NCBI RefSeq assembly: GCF_000025925.1
Contig: NC_014033.1
Coordinates: forward strand, 2,700,001-2,732,000
Direction: 5' to 3'
DNA length: 32,000 bases
Source of the DNA: Xylanibacter ruminicola 23
GTDB taxonomy: Bacteria > Bacteroidota > Bacteroidia > Bacteroidales > Bacteroidaceae
Both the position numbers and the translations under genes were made by a program. Shown piece by piece: positions 31,436-32,000 of this stretch; the first letter of the stretch is position 1; every line of letters begins with the position of its first letter. The notes beneath the pieces are model-generated. The model saw only the letters and a list, made by a program, of their open reading frames with translations, searched no databases and was not told where the DNA came from.

Positions 31436-32000
31436 ATGGCAGAAACATTGGAAGTAAAGGAGCTTGACCAAGTGGTTGTACGCTTCTCTGGTGACTCCGG
31501 CGACGGCATGCAGCTTGCTGGAAACATCTTCTCTACGGTCAGTGCCACCGTTGGTAACGGCATTTCAACATTCCCCGACTATCCAGCCGACATCCGCGCC
31601 CCGCAAGGTTCGCTCACTGGTGTATCAGGTTTCCAGGTACACATCGGTGCTGGTAAAGTTTACACCCCTGGTGACAAGTGCGACGTGCTCGTAGCCATGA
31701 ACGCAGCCGCGCTAAAGACACAGTATCGTTACGCCAAGCCCGGTGCAACGATTATCATCGACACAGACTCATTCGGTCCTAAGGATCTGGAGAAGGCCCA
31801 GTTTGCTACCGAGGATTACCTCGGCGAGATGGGTATCGACCCCGACCGTGTGATCCAGTGCCCTCTCACTACCATGGTTAAGGATTGTCTGGCCGACAGC
31901 GGTATGGACAACAAGGCTATGCTGAAATGTAGAAACATGTTCGCGCTCGGATTGGTTTGCTGGCTCTTCGATCGCGACCTGAACCTCGTAGCTAACTTCC
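31436..32000 (+). CDS. korA: 2-oxoglutarate/2-oxoacid:ferredoxin oxidoreductase subunit alpha (5-prime partial, runs off the window)
   Basis: My own translation from the ATG at 31436: MAETLEVKELDQVVVRFSGDSGDGMQLAGNIFSTVSATVGNGISTFPDYPADIRAPQGSLTGVSGFQVHIG... It is open to the window end. Not in the ORF track because it has no stop. Confidence 0.8.
   Translation, partial: MAETLEVKELDQVVVRFSGDSGDGMQLAGNIFSTVSATVGNGISTFPDYPADIRAPQGSLTGVSGFQVHIGAGKVYTPGDKCDVLVAMNAAALKTQYRYAKPGATIIIDTDSFGPKDLEKAQFATEDYLGEMGIDPDRVIQCPLTTMVKDCLADSGMDNKAMLKCRNMFALGLVCWLFDRDLNLVANF

Noticed and set aside
31318-31694. Track ORFs 31318-31563(-) and 31464-31694(+)
   Set aside because: Both overlap the clearly coding korA frame that starts at 31436, or its promoter region, and have no motifs. 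They are treated as spurious.
1-32000. Scan for CRISPR arrays, rRNA, IS elements/transposases, integrases, reverse transcriptases and toxin-antitoxin pairs
   Set aside because: I saw no regularly spaced 25-40-nt direct repeats and no rRNA-like sequence. No ORF carries DDE, tyrosine-recombinase, serine-recombinase or RT motifs. tRNA-Pro is the only tRNA I could fold.

Overview
This is a Bacteroidota-type chromosomal segment, probably Bacteroidales/Prevotella-like. That inference rests on TAnnTTTG -7 promoter boxes in front of most operons, many lipobox proteins, and the pta-ackA and folP-cdaA pairs. No database or structure searches were run; every homology statement is by eye. Positions 14.8-32 kb are mostly ordinary housekeeping: a Kelch-propeller/AraC hybrid regulator, a DUF59 Fe-S protein, lpxH, a kdgK-like PfkB kinase, an ECF sigma / anti-sigma-like / beta-barrel trio, ackA, pta, cdaA, folP, murF, two hypothetical exported proteins, tRNA-Pro(CGG) and the start of korA. 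The interesting part is 832-14765, between radC and the AraC-type regulator. It holds three operons that encode only envelope proteins I cannot assign to any family. They are built around two divergent paralogues of a ~1300-aa protein with a signal peptide, a non-alignable ~230-260-aa exported N-region, one TM helix, a poly-Lys/Arg then poly-Asp/Glu juxtamembrane block, and a ~1000-aa conserved, predicted cytoplasmic region with no recognisable catalytic motif. Each giant comes with the same kinds of small partners: a zinc-ribbon membrane anchor, a small secreted protein with a ...VNAQ signal peptide, a lipoprotein, and a downstream membrane protein. A small beta-rich domain recurs in three of the partners. 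Two of the operon promoters carry a 52-nt upstream element in identical register, with GACTnnCAA half-sites 21 bp apart (AraC-like geometry). I flag this as a candidate undescribed trans-envelope system; its function cannot be read from the sequence. Three further oddities are a repeat-dense, AT-rich 450-bp spacer between convergent genes (17684-18136) with a 3 x 22-bp palindrome array and many TATGACGT motifs, a 56-bp inverted-repeat pair bracketing a two-gene segment (18070-19917), and near-leaderless promoter/ATG spacing at two genes. I found no CRISPR array, transposase, integrase, reverse transcriptase or rRNA.
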